This document shows, one piece after another, positions 20,081-30,314 of a stretch of DNA of 52,784 bases; the first letter of the stretch is position 1; every line of letters starts with the position of its first letter. Both the position numbers and the translations under genes were made by a program. The DNA comes from a candidate division FCPU426 bacterium (GTDB lineage Bacteria > Oederibacteriota > JAAXVQ01 > JAUVAV01). Under the pieces are notes generated by a model. That model worked only from the letters and a program-made list of their open reading frames with translations, made no database searches and was not told the origin of the DNA. The stretch covers positions 1 through 52,784 of the forward strand of contig DAOWGI010000094.1 in NCBI GenBank assembly GCA_030637655.1, given 5' to 3'.

Positions 20081-23000
20081 ATGCAAAAGATATTAGCGTA
20101 TTTTACCGGCAATCCCCTTTTAGTAAATGTCATCATGATCGTCGTGGTGCTCATCGGCATTATTAGCGCCCTGAATATCCGGCGCGATGTTTTTCCTCCG
20201 ACGGACATTGACACCATGATCATTCAGGTACTTTATCCCGGAGCCAGTGCCGCGGATGTGGAACTCAACGCCGTGATTCCCCTGGAAAATGAAATTCGCC
20301 AAATATCAGGTATTCGGGAGTATGTTTCCCTGTCCATTGAAAACGGAGCTTCGATTTATGTGTATTTGGATTATGGTTTGGCGCATAAACAGGCGGTAAA
20401 GGATGAAATTTATCGTACTCTCACCAAAAGCAATATCCCGGATATCCCCGACGAGGTGGAAGATATTGTAATTATTGATATAAATCCCAAACGCATGGCA
20501 GTTATCACGCTTGGAATCACAGCCAAAGAGGACCAACAGGTCACCCCCGGGGAATTATTTGCCTTTACCGATCGCCTGGAAAATCAACTTTTAAAGCTTC
20601 GGGGCATCAATACTATCCGGAAGCACGGTTACTTGGACCGGGAAATTCTGGTTGATGTCAATATGCATAAAATGGGTGAATATTATATTTCGTTAAATGA
20701 TGTGGTTCAAAGTGTACAAACCAGAAACATAAGATCTACCGGCGGTACATTGCAATCCTTGCATAAAGATCAAACCATTGTTACTTTAGGTCAATTTAAA
20801 AATCCCTTGGATATTAAAAATGTCATTATCCGTTCCAACTTTGAAGGCAAGCGTGTTCGGATTAAAGACATAGCGGCCGTTCAAGATGGTTTCGAAAAAG
20901 AAAATATACGCATCCGGGTAAACAAAAAAAAGGCGGTGATTTTACAGATAGTCAAAAAAGAAAATGCCGATGTTGTGAAAACCGTTGAAAAAGTAAACGC
21001 GTTTATTCATAAAAACCGCGGGCATTTTCCGCCGCAGTTTGAAGTTGCCACGCTGGAAGACCGGTCGCTATCCATAGTATCCCTGGTCCGTGTTGTTTTC
21101 TCCAACGCGCTCATCGGCTTTGTGCTGATTGTAATTATTTTATATTTCTTTTTAGATTTAAGAACTTCTTTTTGGACTGCCATGGGGATTCCGTTTAGTT
21201 TGTTGGTTGTTCTGGCGTATATGAACGCCATGGGCATATCGGTAAATATAATGTCTTTGGGAGCGATCATTACGGTGTTGGGAATGATGGTCGATCATGG
21301 CATTGTAATCGGCGAAACCATTTACGAACAAAAACATTTAGGCCGCAATTCCATTCAATCCGCTGTAATCGGCGTGCAAAAAGTTTTGTCCCCCTTGCTG
21401 GCCACCATTTTAACCACCATAGTCTCATTTATCCCACTTTTGTACATTAAAGGCATGATGGGAAAATTCGTCTATATTTTTCCGATTTTAGTATCCGCCA
21501 CACTGATCATTTCATTTTTAGAGGCTGTTTTCATTTTACCTTGCCATTTGGCCGGCACACACCAAGTAGTTAAAAAGAACAAAAAAAATTGGTTTGTCCC
21601 TTTTGCGGAGAGCTATGAACATTTTTTAAGAAAAGCGCTGCCTTACCGTTACTTGATTGTTTTGGGATTCATCCTATTCTTCGGGTTGGCATTATTTATT
21701 TCTCAGGGTACTATCAAACGATTTGTTCTGCTGTGGGATAATTCCTCGGATGCCATCTATGTTAATTTGGAAGCGCCGGAAGGCACCAATCTGAAAGGAA
21801 CGGAAACTTTGACAACCCAAGTTGAAGATATCATTCAAAATCTAATTCCTCCCCGGGAACGCCTGTCCATCCAGACCAGCATTGGCCACCATACGGTCAA
21901 AACCATTAATTCCAAAGGCAACCATGAAAATTGGAGCCAGGTTTTGATCAACCTCGTACCCATGACCGAACGCACACGTACCTCGCAGGATATTATTCAA
22001 AATTTGCGCGCTGAATTGAATACAGCTAAATTGCCTAATTTTGCTAAAATTGTTTTCGCGGAACGTATTTTAGGTCCGCCCAAAGGCGAACCGGTTAATA
22101 TAAAAATCATCAGCAACCAAGCTGCCACGGCTAAAAAAGCACAACAAAATATCGAAACATTTCTAAGCCGTCTGGAGGGAATCAAAGATTTGGACAATGA
22201 CCAAAAAGGCGGAAAAGAAGAGCTTGAAATACAGCTCAATTACGAAAAACTGGCCCGGCTGGACCTTTCAGTCGCCACGGTAGCCCAAACCGTAAGAACC
22301 GCCTTCGAAGGCACGATCGCAACCTCCATTCAAACCCCGGACCATAAAATTAATTACCGTATTAAAGTGGCGGATACTTTTTTAAAGGATAAAAAATTTC
22401 TCAAAGCCTTATTGATTCCCAATACCCAGGGCAAATTAATCCCTTTAGGCGAAGTGGCTGAAATCATCACCACCAAGGGCAAAACCTTGATTAATCATTA
22501 TAACGGCAACCGGGTAATTACCATTACAGCGAATGTGGATGAAAAAATAACAACCTCATCTCTAATCGCAAAAAAACTCAAAAAACACTTCCGGAAAATC
22601 ACGCGCGCCTACCCTGACATCCAGCTTATGCTGGGCGGAGAAGCCAAAGAATCAAAAAAAACCATGAGCGGATTATTCGCCGCTTTTCTGATTGCCATCC
22701 TATTGATATACTTAATCCTCGTGGTTTTATTTAGTTCCCTCACCCAACCTCTTCTGGTTTTAATAGTTGTTCCCTTCGGATTGATGGGCGCCTTATTGGC
22801 GTTTACCTGCCATGGAATTCCCATGACTTTTATGGGTGTAATAGGTATGATCGGCCTTTCCGGCGTGGTCGTAAATGACAGCGTGATTATGGTTTCCTTT
22901 ATTAACCGGATCTTTAAAGAAACCGGCGTCCCCAACCTTGCGCAAGTTTATCAAGTTGTGGCTAAAGGCGCCCGCCAGAGGTTTCGCGCGATTATTTTGA

Positions 23001-23197
23001 CTACCCTGACCACCGTAGCGGCGTTGCTGCCCACGGTGTATGGAATCGGCGGCAGCGCCAAAACACTTGTTCCGGTAGTAATGGCCATGGCCTACGGCTT
23101 GCTGTTCGCCACTTTGCTTACTTTAGTGCTTATTCCCGCGTTGTACTTGATCAATCTTGATATACAGCGACTCTGGCAAAAACCTTCCCGGATTTAA
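20081..23197 (+). CDS. RND efflux transporter permease (AcrB/AcrD/AcrF family)
   Basis: 1038 aa; YPGASA.DVE, GMMVDHGIVIGE, GVVVNDS, RFRAIILTTLTT. Confidence 0.93.
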   Translation: MQKILAYFTGNPLLVNVIMIVVVLIGIISALNIRRDVFPPTDIDTMIIQVLYPGASAADVELNAVIPLENEIRQISGIREYVSLSIENGASIYVYLDYGLAHKQAVKDEIYRTLTKSNIPDIPDEVEDIVIIDINPKRMAVITLGITAKEDQQVTPGELFAFTDRLENQLLKLRGINTIRKHGYLDREILVDVNMHKMGEYYISLNDVVQSVQTRNIRSTGGTLQSLHKDQTIVTLGQFKNPLDIKNVIIRSNFEGKRVRIKDIAAVQDGFEKENIRIRVNKKKAVILQIVKKENADVVKTVEKVNAFIHKNRGHFPPQFEVATLEDRSLSIVSLVRVVFSNALIGFVLIVIILYFFLDLRTSFWTAMGIPFSLLVVLAYMNAMGISVNIMSLGAIITVLGMMVDHGIVIGETIYEQKHLGRNSIQSAVIGVQKVLSPLLATILTTIVSFIPLLYIKGMMGKFVYIFPILVSATLIISFLEAVFILPCHLAGTHQVVKKNKKNWFVPFAESYEHFLRKALPYRYLIVLGFILFFGLALFISQGTIKRFVLLWDNSSDAIYVNLEAPEGTNLKGTETLTTQVEDIIQNLIPPRERLSIQTSIGHHTVKTINSKGNHENWSQVLINLVPMTERTRTSQDIIQNLRAELNTAKLPNFAKIVFAERILGPPKGEPVNIKIISNQAATAKKAQQNIETFLSRLEGIKDLDNDQKGGKEELEIQLNYEKLARLDLSVATVAQTVRTAFEGTIATSIQTPDHKINYRIKVADTFLKDKKFLKALLIPNTQGKLIPLGEVAEIITTKGKTLINHYNGNRVITITANVDEKITTSSLIAKKLKKHFRKITRAYPDIQLMLGGEAKESKKTMSGLFAAFLIAILLIYLILVVLFSSLTQPLLVLIVVPFGLMGALLAFTCHGIPMTFMGVIGMIGLSGVVVNDSVIMVSFINRIFKETGVPNLAQVYQVVAKGARQRFRAIILTTLTTVAALLPTVYGIGGSAKTLVPVVMAMAYGLLFATLLTLVLIPALYLINLDIQRLWQKPSRI

Positions 23198-23210
23198 TAT
23201 TTAAGAATTC

Positions 23211-23422
23211 GTAACTACTCAAGTGGGTAAAAAAGTATTCAAATATTCACGCCTGGCAGGTCACTTTGGTCTTTTTTCAAGCATTGCAAAGCGGAAAACC
23301 AAGGTCTAAGCTGGTAAGGGGCAATAGGGGATATGCTTTTCTAAACCACATCTCCGCAGTTACCGCTGCCACACTTGAAAAAAGACCAAACCGCCCTGCT
23401 CCTGGCAGACCTGAGTAGTTAC
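23211..23422. mobile_element. 212-bp MITE with 11-bp terminal inverted repeats and an 8-bp target-site duplication
   Basis: GTAACTACTCA...TGAGTAGTTAC flanked on both sides by AAGAATTC; internal 17-bp inverted repeat TTTGGTCTTTTTTCAAG / CTTGAAAAAAGACCAAA. Confidence 0.85.
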
Positions 23423-23446
23423 AAGAATTCGGGAAATCCGGGACGT

Positions 23447-24358
23447 TCATAGCGTTTCCAGCAATAACAACAAACTGATAATCACTATAATAGCTGCGCC
23501 TGAAACAGCGAGCGAAGCATATGCCCAAATAAACATTTTGGATTGCTTGTCAAATACGCTCAATATGGTTTTGCGGGATATAATGGATAGCAAGGCTATA
23601 CCCGAAGTCGTGACCCCCATGCCCACGGCAATAAAAACCATGGCTATTAGTCCCTGGAACATAATTTTCATAATAATCGAAAAGGATAAAATAATTGCCG
23701 CGCCGGGGCAAGGAATCAGGCCGGCAACCAAAGAGGTTAAAATCAGACTTTTCAGATCCGGTGTGTTTGAAACTACGGGTGCTTCCAGCTGGCGCCATTT
23801 TTTTACTTCATAAAGGGCTCTGCCTGCCAAATAGCAGCCTACAATTATGAGTAAACCATAACTTAGAATTTTAAAAGTATTGTTCAATTGATCAAACCGC
23901 GCAATACCCGTCACTTTAAAAATAAAATACAATGTCATAACCACTGCCACCGCAGAAAAAACATGCATAAAAGTCAGCAAGTTCCCCATAAGAAAACCAT
24001 GAATGACTTTTCCCGGCCGGCTTAGAAAATATGACATGGCAATGGATTTGCCATGACCAGGACCTATGGCATGAAAAATCCCATATAGAAAGGAAAACAA
24101 TAAAAACAGCCAAAATGACTTCCCCCAGGGCTTACCGCGCATATCCCGGGCAAAAGCTGTTAATTTTAGCTTGAGTTGCTTTTGAAATTGATGGCTGAAA
24201 TTCAAAACCGGCTGAAATACCCGCAGTATAGTCGGCGGTTTTTTAAAAGCTGTTTCTTTTTTGCTCTCTGCCAAGAAAGGATTATTAGCCCAAGACAGGA
24301 CATTCATACTTAGCGCAAAGAATATAACTATGACAAAGGACTTAAATAATATCCGCAC
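23447..24358 (-). CDS. RcnA/NiCoT-type nickel/cobalt transporter
   Basis: FHAIGPGHGK and GLIPCPGA motifs; multiple TM segments. Confidence 0.85.
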   Translation of the reverse strand: MRILFKSFVIVIFFALSMNVLSWANNPFLAESKKETAFKKPPTILRVFQPVLNFSHQFQKQLKLKLTAFARDMRGKPWGKSFWLFLLFSFLYGIFHAIGPGHGKSIAMSYFLSRPGKVIHGFLMGNLLTFMHVFSAVAVVMTLYFIFKVTGIARFDQLNNTFKILSYGLLIIVGCYLAGRALYEVKKWRQLEAPVVSNTPDLKSLILTSLVAGLIPCPGAAIILSFSIIMKIMFQGLIAMVFIAVGMGVTTSGIALLSIISRKTILSVFDKQSKMFIWAYASLAVSGAAIIVIISLLLLLETL

Positions 24359-24360
24359 AA

Positions 24361-24951
24361 TTACTTGCTCCTGAATTTTAAAATCATTGTTTCCGGAAAT
24401 CCATCTTCTTCAAAACAAATAAATTCCTTCACTCTCTTTACTTGGGTGTGAATCTCGTAAAATCCGAATTCACCTTTTAGTTTGGGTTTACTATCCATAA
24501 GTTGAATGGCCGTATAATACGACTTATCAAATATGGACAGCTTAATGGTTTTAATCCGCTCCCCGGCCGCCACCGGACAGGGTACATAAAATTTATAGAC
24601 AATCTTTTCATTTTTTATTTCAGCCTGGAAGTCCTTTACATACTCAACCTTAAAAAACTTTCCGTCAAGGCGTACATGTGTGAAATATTCAAAACTTTCA
24701 AGATTTGAGAAAGCTTCCTTTTTGAGGATCGAGATTTCTTCAACCTCGAACTGTTGGTTCTTATTTTTGTCAAAATCCTCTATAATCATGGCGCTGAACA
24801 TCTCATCAAAGCACCACTGCTCTTCAATGCCCGCCAGGCCCTTTTCATCAAACACAATCGAGAGCTTGGCCTCTACAAATAAGTGCGGGTGAGCCGCCGT
24901 GATGACCGGCAGGCACAATATACATATAAGTCCAACTATTGTTTCCTTCAT
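24361..24951 (-). CDS. DUF1007 family periplasmic protein
   Basis: Signal peptide then HPHLFVE, WCFDEMFS, FDKSYY; usual partner of RcnA-like transporters. Confidence 0.85.
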   Translation of the reverse strand: MKETIVGLICILCLPVITAAHPHLFVEAKLSIVFDEKGLAGIEEQWCFDEMFSAMIIEDFDKNKNQQFEVEEISILKKEAFSNLESFEYFTHVRLDGKFFKVEYVKDFQAEIKNEKIVYKFYVPCPVAAGERIKTIKLSIFDKSYYTAIQLMDSKPKLKGEFGFYEIHTQVKRVKEFICFEEDGFPETMILKFRSK

Positions 24952-24967
24952 CGCCAAAGATATAAGC

Positions 24968-26638
24968 TCACTTAATTTTCTCATACGGCCACATAACCAC
25001 ACCGCCATCCATTACCCTGACTTTTTTAAAACCAGCTGCTTTAAGAACAAGCGCGGCTTCGTACCCGCGCAGAGATATCTTGCAAAAGGCAATAATTTCC
25101 TTATCCGGCGGCAATTCATTCAAACGAGTACGCAAGGCCCCTAAGGGAATCAAGGTTTCATTCGGCAGGCGGACTTCTGCATATTCTCCCGGGCTGCGCA
25201 CATCCAAAAACACAAAGTCCTTTTGTTGCTCCAGCATCGCATGAACTTCTTTGGCTGTCACACCTTCCATATACCCGTCAAGTTTATTTCTAGCCACATT
25301 CGCCGCTGTAATAATGTTATCCATAGCCGGCGAATAAGGCGGCGCGTAACATAAATCCATATTCGCCAGTTGATCAACCGTCATTTTATTAACTAAAGCC
25401 ATGGCCGCGATATCAATCCGTTTATCCACATCCCCCGGCCCAGTAGCTTGGGCGCCTAACAATTGACGGTTTTTCTTATCGACAACTAATTTCAACAACA
25501 AGGGTTTGGCATCGGACATAAAATGAGCCTTATCAGGAGCCGGTGCCATGACTACTTCCACAGCATACCCTTGTTTACCGGCCATGCTTTCCGTCAATCC
25601 TGTTCTACCGACTGTAAAATTAAATACTTTACAAACTGTACTGCCTAAAACTCCCGGAAATTTATCTTCATGACCACAAATGTTATTCGCCGCAACCCGC
25701 CCATGCTTATTAGCGGTAGATCCCATGGGCATATAGCAGCTTTTCCCGGTTACGCGATCCACGCATTCCACGCAATCACCGGCCGCGTAAATATCAGGAT
25801 CCGAGGTTTGCATCTTTTCGTTTACTTTAATTGCCTTTAATTCGCCGATTTCCAAACCGGCATCTTTAGCTAATTTAATTTGCGGACGAACACCAATTGA
25901 CATAATCACCAAATCCGCCTTAAGTGTTCCTTTATCAGTTATAACTTCTTTAACTTGTTGTTCACCTTTAAAACTTTTCACTTCCGTATTCGTCAATATT
26001 TTTACGCCGTGTGATTCCATGTGCTCTGCAACCAATTTTGCGATTTCCCAATCAAGCATACTGAAAATCTGCGGCATTTTTTCCACAATGGTTACCCGGC
26101 AGCCTTTATGCACCAGCGCTTCAGTTATCTCCACCCCAATCAACCCGCCACCCACGATGACCATATCCTTGGCATGTTCATCCGCCAACAATGTTTTGAT
26201 ACCTTCCGCGTCATGAACACCATGCAAAGCAAAGATGTTTTCCAAATCAACTCCGGGCAGCGGCGGCATAATAGGTTCAGCCCCGGTGGCCAGCACCAGC
26301 TTATCGTAATCCAGCCATTTTTCATGTTTATTTGCCAGTATTTTGATCAGCACACGTTTTTCTTTACGGTCAATTTTGACTGCCTCTGTTTCCGTCAGAA
26401 CATGAACATTTTTCACTTTCTGAAAAAATATCGAATCACGCACCACACCCACCGATGTGCACATCAATTCCTTTTGTTCTTTGACTTCACCGGACACGTA
26501 ATAGGGCAGACCGCAACCGGCATAGGATAAGTATTTGTCTTTCTCAATAATAGTTACCTCTGCGTCAGGAATAAGCCGGATAATTTTCGCCGCCGCTTTC
26601 GGTCCGGCAGCTACCCCGCCGATGATGATTACTTTCAT
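24968..26638 (-). CDS. CoA-disulfide reductase-like FAD/NAD(P)H oxidoreductase with C-terminal rhodanese domain
   Basis: GGVAAG, SYAGCGLPYY, GGGLIG, YAPPYS, LDVRSPGEY and AFCKISLRG. Confidence 0.92.
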   Translation of the reverse strand: MKVIIIGGVAAGPKAAAKIIRLIPDAEVTIIEKDKYLSYAGCGLPYYVSGEVKEQKELMCTSVGVVRDSIFFQKVKNVHVLTETEAVKIDRKEKRVLIKILANKHEKWLDYDKLVLATGAEPIMPPLPGVDLENIFALHGVHDAEGIKTLLADEHAKDMVIVGGGLIGVEITEALVHKGCRVTIVEKMPQIFSMLDWEIAKLVAEHMESHGVKILTNTEVKSFKGEQQVKEVITDKGTLKADLVIMSIGVRPQIKLAKDAGLEIGELKAIKVNEKMQTSDPDIYAAGDCVECVDRVTGKSCYMPMGSTANKHGRVAANNICGHEDKFPGVLGSTVCKVFNFTVGRTGLTESMAGKQGYAVEVVMAPAPDKAHFMSDAKPLLLKLVVDKKNRQLLGAQATGPGDVDKRIDIAAMALVNKMTVDQLANMDLCYAPPYSPAMDNIITAANVARNKLDGYMEGVTAKEVHAMLEQQKDFVFLDVRSPGEYAEVRLPNETLIPLGALRTRLNELPPDKEIIAFCKISLRGYEAALVLKAAGFKKVRVMDGGVVMWPYEKIK

Positions 26639-26678
26639 AGTAATTTTTCCTCCCAGTTTCGGTTTTATATAATTAATT

Positions 26679-27134
26679 TTACTTACTTATAGCCTGATGT
26701 ACTCTCAATATACATTTATTCTGAACAACTTTAATTCCAGCGGTTTTTGCTTTGGCCGCTGCTTTTTCATGGCAAATACCTTCCTGCATCCACACACATT
26801 TACATCCAACCTGAATTGCCTGGTCAACAATCTCCGGAACAGCTTCCGGTTTACGGAAAATATTAACGATATCAACTGCCTGCCCATAGTCTGCCAATGA
26901 TGGATAAGCCCTATGCCCGAACAATTCCGTAATACCCGGTCGAATGGGAATAATTTCATACCCTTGTTCTTTTAAATAAACCGCAATTTCATGCGAGGGT
27001 CTATTTGGCTTTAGTGACAGACCTACAATTGCTATGGTTTTTACGTTTTCCAATGCCACTTCCGCCTCCGGCGACGGAGTCGGAAGCGCACAAGTCATAC
27101 CTTCCATTTTCGCCTGCACCTCACTTTCGAGCAC
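26679..27134 (-). CDS. CoA-binding protein (YccU-like)
   Basis: TIAIVGLS.KP.RPS, VDIVNIFR, VWMQEG, QNKCI. Confidence 0.88.
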   Translation of the reverse strand: MLESEVQAKMEGMTCALPTPSPEAEVALENVKTIAIVGLSLKPNRPSHEIAVYLKEQGYEIIPIRPGITELFGHRAYPSLADYGQAVDIVNIFRKPEAVPEIVDQAIQVGCKCVWMQEGICHEKAAAKAKTAGIKVVQNKCILRVHQAISK

Positions 27135-27166
27135 TTATACCCTCCGTTTATTTAACCACCGTCCAT

Positions 27167-27511
27167 CTAATCCTTAAATACTTCATTCAATATATCGGTT
27201 ATCTGTTTCTCATTTTGAATACTGGTTGTAGCTTTGACAACTCCACCATTTTTAAAATAAACAGTAAAAGGCAGTCCCATAAAATATTTGCATTCCGGTA
27301 GATTTTTAATATAATCAGCGGCCGAAATATCAAAATCCATGCCTGCCATCTTAATTCGTGGATATTTTTTCTCCAATTTTTCCATAATAGCATAAACAGG
27401 AATACACATCGGCCCCAATCTTCCGCAACAAATCATAACCTTGGCATTAGTTTTCAGCAACTCATCAATTTCTTCACGACTTTTCAAATACTTAAGTTTG
27501 GCATCCAACAT
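27167..27511 (-). CDS. Atypical thioredoxin-fold protein
   Basis: CCGRLGPMCIPVY and GLPFTVYFKNG motifs; AGGAG RBS. Confidence 0.75.
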   Translation of the reverse strand: MLDAKLKYLKSREEIDELLKTNAKVMICCGRLGPMCIPVYAIMEKLEKKYPRIKMAGMDFDISAADYIKNLPECKYFMGLPFTVYFKNGGVVKATTSIQNEKQITDILNEVFKD

Positions 27512-27636
27512 TTGCTACTCCTTCTAGTATAGTGTATCCGTCAAGCAGAAATATCTCCAGCCAACATTGCCCTTTATATTCCCGACGAAATCAAAATTTA
27601 TAATTATCGTTTTAATTTGACGTATTATTATTTATT

Positions 27637-28479
27637 TCATAATCTAAATTCCATCATTGTACCTACCGGACAGGCAAAACACCTACCTAACAATTTTTTT
27701 TTAAACCTATAAACCGCTTCATATCCGGTACAATGTGCTAAACCTATTTTTTCAATTCCCATCTCATATAAAGCATTAATGGTAAATTGAATTCGTTCTT
27801 CGGTCGCATTAATCAAATGCATTCCGCCCATAACACAATATATGGGTTCATAGCCGGTAATTTTCCTAATATAATTCAAGGTGTTAACAACCCCTGCATG
27901 CGCACAACCCAATATCACAACCAAACCCAGCTCTGATTTAAAATACAAAGCTTGATCATCAGGTAATGTATCTTTTTTCAAACATTTATCATCTGTGAAA
28001 AAAGATCCGCCAACATCTTCCAAATTCGCTTCCCGTAGTATTTCCCCGGTCACCCATAAACCTGGATGAATTTCTACCGGTTGTTTTGTCCAGATAATAT
28101 CTCCGGCCAAATGACGCACTGCCGCTTCGTCCAAATCAGGCATGCCGATCTCACGCGCCAAACCGTCTTCAGAGCAGGAATATTTATTCTCAAAGCCATT
28201 CGGGTGAATATATACCTGCGGTCTTTTAGCAATTGTTAATATTTCTTTCAATCCGCCGGTATGATCGTAATGACCATGGCTCAGCACAATCGCTTTAGTC
28301 TTTTCCACATCAATGTCCAAATGTTTGGCATTATGCCGCAAGATATTCGTCTGCCCGGTATCAAAAAGCACCTTATAGGACTTATATTCAATCCCTACGG
28401 CCAATCCATGTTCTGCCAATAAATCTTTTTGCAAACTGCAATTTTCAACTAAAATTGTTATTTTGCAGTGACTATGCAA
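27637..28479 (-). CDS. MBL-fold metallo-hydrolase (MJ0448-like)
   Basis: EHGLA, FDTG, SHGHYDHTGG, GCAHAG, GGMH, HCTG. Confidence 0.9.
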   Translation of the reverse strand: MHSHCKITILVENCSLQKDLLAEHGLAVGIEYKSYKVLFDTGQTNILRHNAKHLDIDVEKTKAIVLSHGHYDHTGGLKEILTIAKRPQVYIHPNGFENKYSCSEDGLAREIGMPDLDEAAVRHLAGDIIWTKQPVEIHPGLWVTGEILREANLEDVGGSFFTDDKCLKKDTLPDDQALYFKSELGLVVILGCAHAGVVNTLNYIRKITGYEPIYCVMGGMHLINATEERIQFTINALYEMGIEKIGLAHCTGYEAVYRFKKKLLGRCFACPVGTMMEFRL

Positions 28480-28930
28480 TATTCTTCCCTTTTGGGATCA
28501 AGTCGGTCTTTTCAATAAATTTTCCAATTGCCTTAACTTTCACCTCTGCCTCCTGTAACAACTCTGCCTTTACTATAAATAATTTTGAAAAAGACCCGTC
28601 AATCCAGGCCCGAACAACCGCGTTCACACCAATCAAAACAGGTTTGCGGTATCGAATTTTGAGCTCCGCGGTTACCGCGGTCTTTTCATAGGAAAACAAA
28701 CAATTTGTCATAGCACTATCAAGCAAAGCTGAAATGACGCCGCCCTGCAATTGATTTTCATAACCAGCGTACTCTTTTCCGCAGGTAAATTGCGTACAGA
28801 CGCTCCCATCCTCACAGGCTTCAAACTTTAATTTAAACCCTTGCTGATTACCCGCTCCACATAATCTGCAGCAGTAATGCAACTGTTTCTGTATTATATC
28901 CAGAGTATGCTGCCTGATCCTAGTGGTCAC
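28472..28930 (-). CDS. PaaI-family hotdog thioesterase
   Basis: C..CG..N..G.KL.F, QGGVISALLDSAM, TAELKIRYRKP. Confidence 0.85.
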   Translation of the reverse strand: MTTRIRQHTLDIIQKQLHYCCRLCGAGNQQGFKLKFEACEDGSVCTQFTCGKEYAGYENQLQGGVISALLDSAMTNCLFSYEKTAVTAELKIRYRKPVLIGVNAVVRAWIDGSFSKLFIVKAELLQEAEVKVKAIGKFIEKTDLIPKGKNIA

Positions 28931-29258
28931 AAAAATTAGCTCCGGTTTTTAATTCATTTTTCAAATAAGCCGTTGCCAGCTCTTCCGGTGTTACGCTGCC
29001 GGCGCCCACTATAACTTCAATTTTATTTTCCCTGAACAGTTGTTGTGCCCTCTGTCCCATCCCACCGGCGATAATAATATTGGCACCCCGCTCTGCCAGC
29101 CAGCGAGGCAGTAATCCCGGTTCATGAGAAGGGGCCGTTACAATCTCCTTCTTTAAAATTGTTTTGTTTTCTACATCCACATCAATTAACGCGAAACTCT
29201 CGCAATGTCCGAAATGCATGGCTAATTTTCCCTCAGCCTGAGGTACGGCAATCCGCAT
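28920..29258 (-). CDS. NifB/NifX (MTH1175-like) Fe-Mo cluster-binding family protein
   Basis: MRIAVP, HFGHCE, HEPG, AGGMGQRA, C-terminal NFCDH. Confidence 0.9.
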   Translation of the reverse strand: MRIAVPQAEGKLAMHFGHCESFALIDVDVENKTILKKEIVTAPSHEPGLLPRWLAERGANIIIAGGMGQRAQQLFRENKIEVIVGAGSVTPEELATAYLKNELKTGANFCDH

Positions 29259-29264
29259 AATTCA

Positions 29265-30149
29265 TCACTCCTTTGTTATTGATTCCAATTCAACAATTGG
29301 TTTTATTACTTTCGCGAAAATATCCGCGGTATGTGTTTTTTCAAATTTCTTTATGAAAACAGCCCCCTCATCACACGCTTGACCTATTTCAGGATCCAAA
29401 GGAATTCTTCCTAAAAAAGGCACCTGCATGTCTGTTGCCATTTTTTCACCGCCGCCGGTTTTAAATATTTCCGAGACTTCACCGCATTTAGGGCATACAA
29501 AACCGCTCATATTCTCAACCACACCCAATACGGGTAATTTAATCTGACGACAAAAATTAACGGATTTACGCACCGCGTTCAGTGCCACCTCTTGGGGTGT
29601 GGTTACAATAAGCGCGCCATCCATTTTTTCGATGAGTTGACATACTGAAAGAGGTTCATCACCCGTACCGGGCGGTGCGTCGATAATCAGATAATCCAAT
29701 TCACCCCAAGCCACATCCCGCAAAAACTGTCTGATCATGCTCATCTTCATGGGTCCACGCCAAATAACCGGATCATCGGCTCGCGGCAGGAAAAACGCTA
29801 TGGACATGACTTTAATCGCGCCAATCTCAATGGGCAGTATTAAACTGCCTTCAGCTTGCATGGATATGTTTTTTAAATTTAGCATTTGGGGAACACTTGG
29901 TCCATGAATATCCACATCCAGAAGTCCTACCTGTTTACCCGCTAGTGCCAGCGAAAAAGCCAGGTTTACAGCTATTGTGCTTTTGCCCACACCACCCTTT
30001 CCGGAAAGAACAACAATTTTATGCTTAATCCGGCAGAGTCGCCCCTCAAGTTTTTGACGGTCAATAAATTCCTCTTGAGTCTCATTGGGTTTTGGTTGTT
30101 TGGCAGAACATGTTTCAGCATTGCATATTTCACAGTTTTTTTGCTCCAT
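29265..30149 (-). CDS. Mrp/NBP35 Fe-S cluster carrier ATPase
   Basis: SGKGGVGKS, DIHGPS, WRGP, DAPPGTGD, ENMSGFVCPKC. Confidence 0.95.
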   Translation of the reverse strand: MEQKNCEICNAETCSAKQPKPNETQEEFIDRQKLEGRLCRIKHKIVVLSGKGGVGKSTIAVNLAFSLALAGKQVGLLDVDIHGPSVPQMLNLKNISMQAEGSLILPIEIGAIKVMSIAFFLPRADDPVIWRGPMKMSMIRQFLRDVAWGELDYLIIDAPPGTGDEPLSVCQLIEKMDGALIVTTPQEVALNAVRKSVNFCRQIKLPVLGVVENMSGFVCPKCGEVSEIFKTGGGEKMATDMQVPFLGRIPLDPEIGQACDEGAVFIKKFEKTHTADIFAKVIKPIVELESITKE

Positions 30150-30182
30150 ATCCTTTATTTATTAATCCTTTCTTGATCTGAT

Positions 30183-30308
30183 TTACTTATCGCATACGGC
30201 TTTAAGCGTATTGGCCGCCAAGGTTGCGCTATGTTGATATGCTGCCGGCAAAGAGTCCGGATCATTGAAGTTCTTATTTCGCAAAGGATACAAACTTACC
30301 TCAGCTAA
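30183..30308 (-). pseudogene. Deletion scar: YkoF-like N-terminal fragment joined to an IscU/NifU-like C-terminal fragment
   Basis: Manual translation LAEVSLYPLRNKNFNDPDSLPAAYQHSATLAANTLKAVCDK*; no in-frame start codon. Confidence 0.5.
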
Positions 30309-30314
30309 GTATTG

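Noticed and set aside
27524-27632. Possible degenerate MITE (TAGTGTATCCGTCAA...TTGACGTATTATTA)
   Set aside because: Inverted ends are short and mismatched; no second copy or clear target duplication in the window
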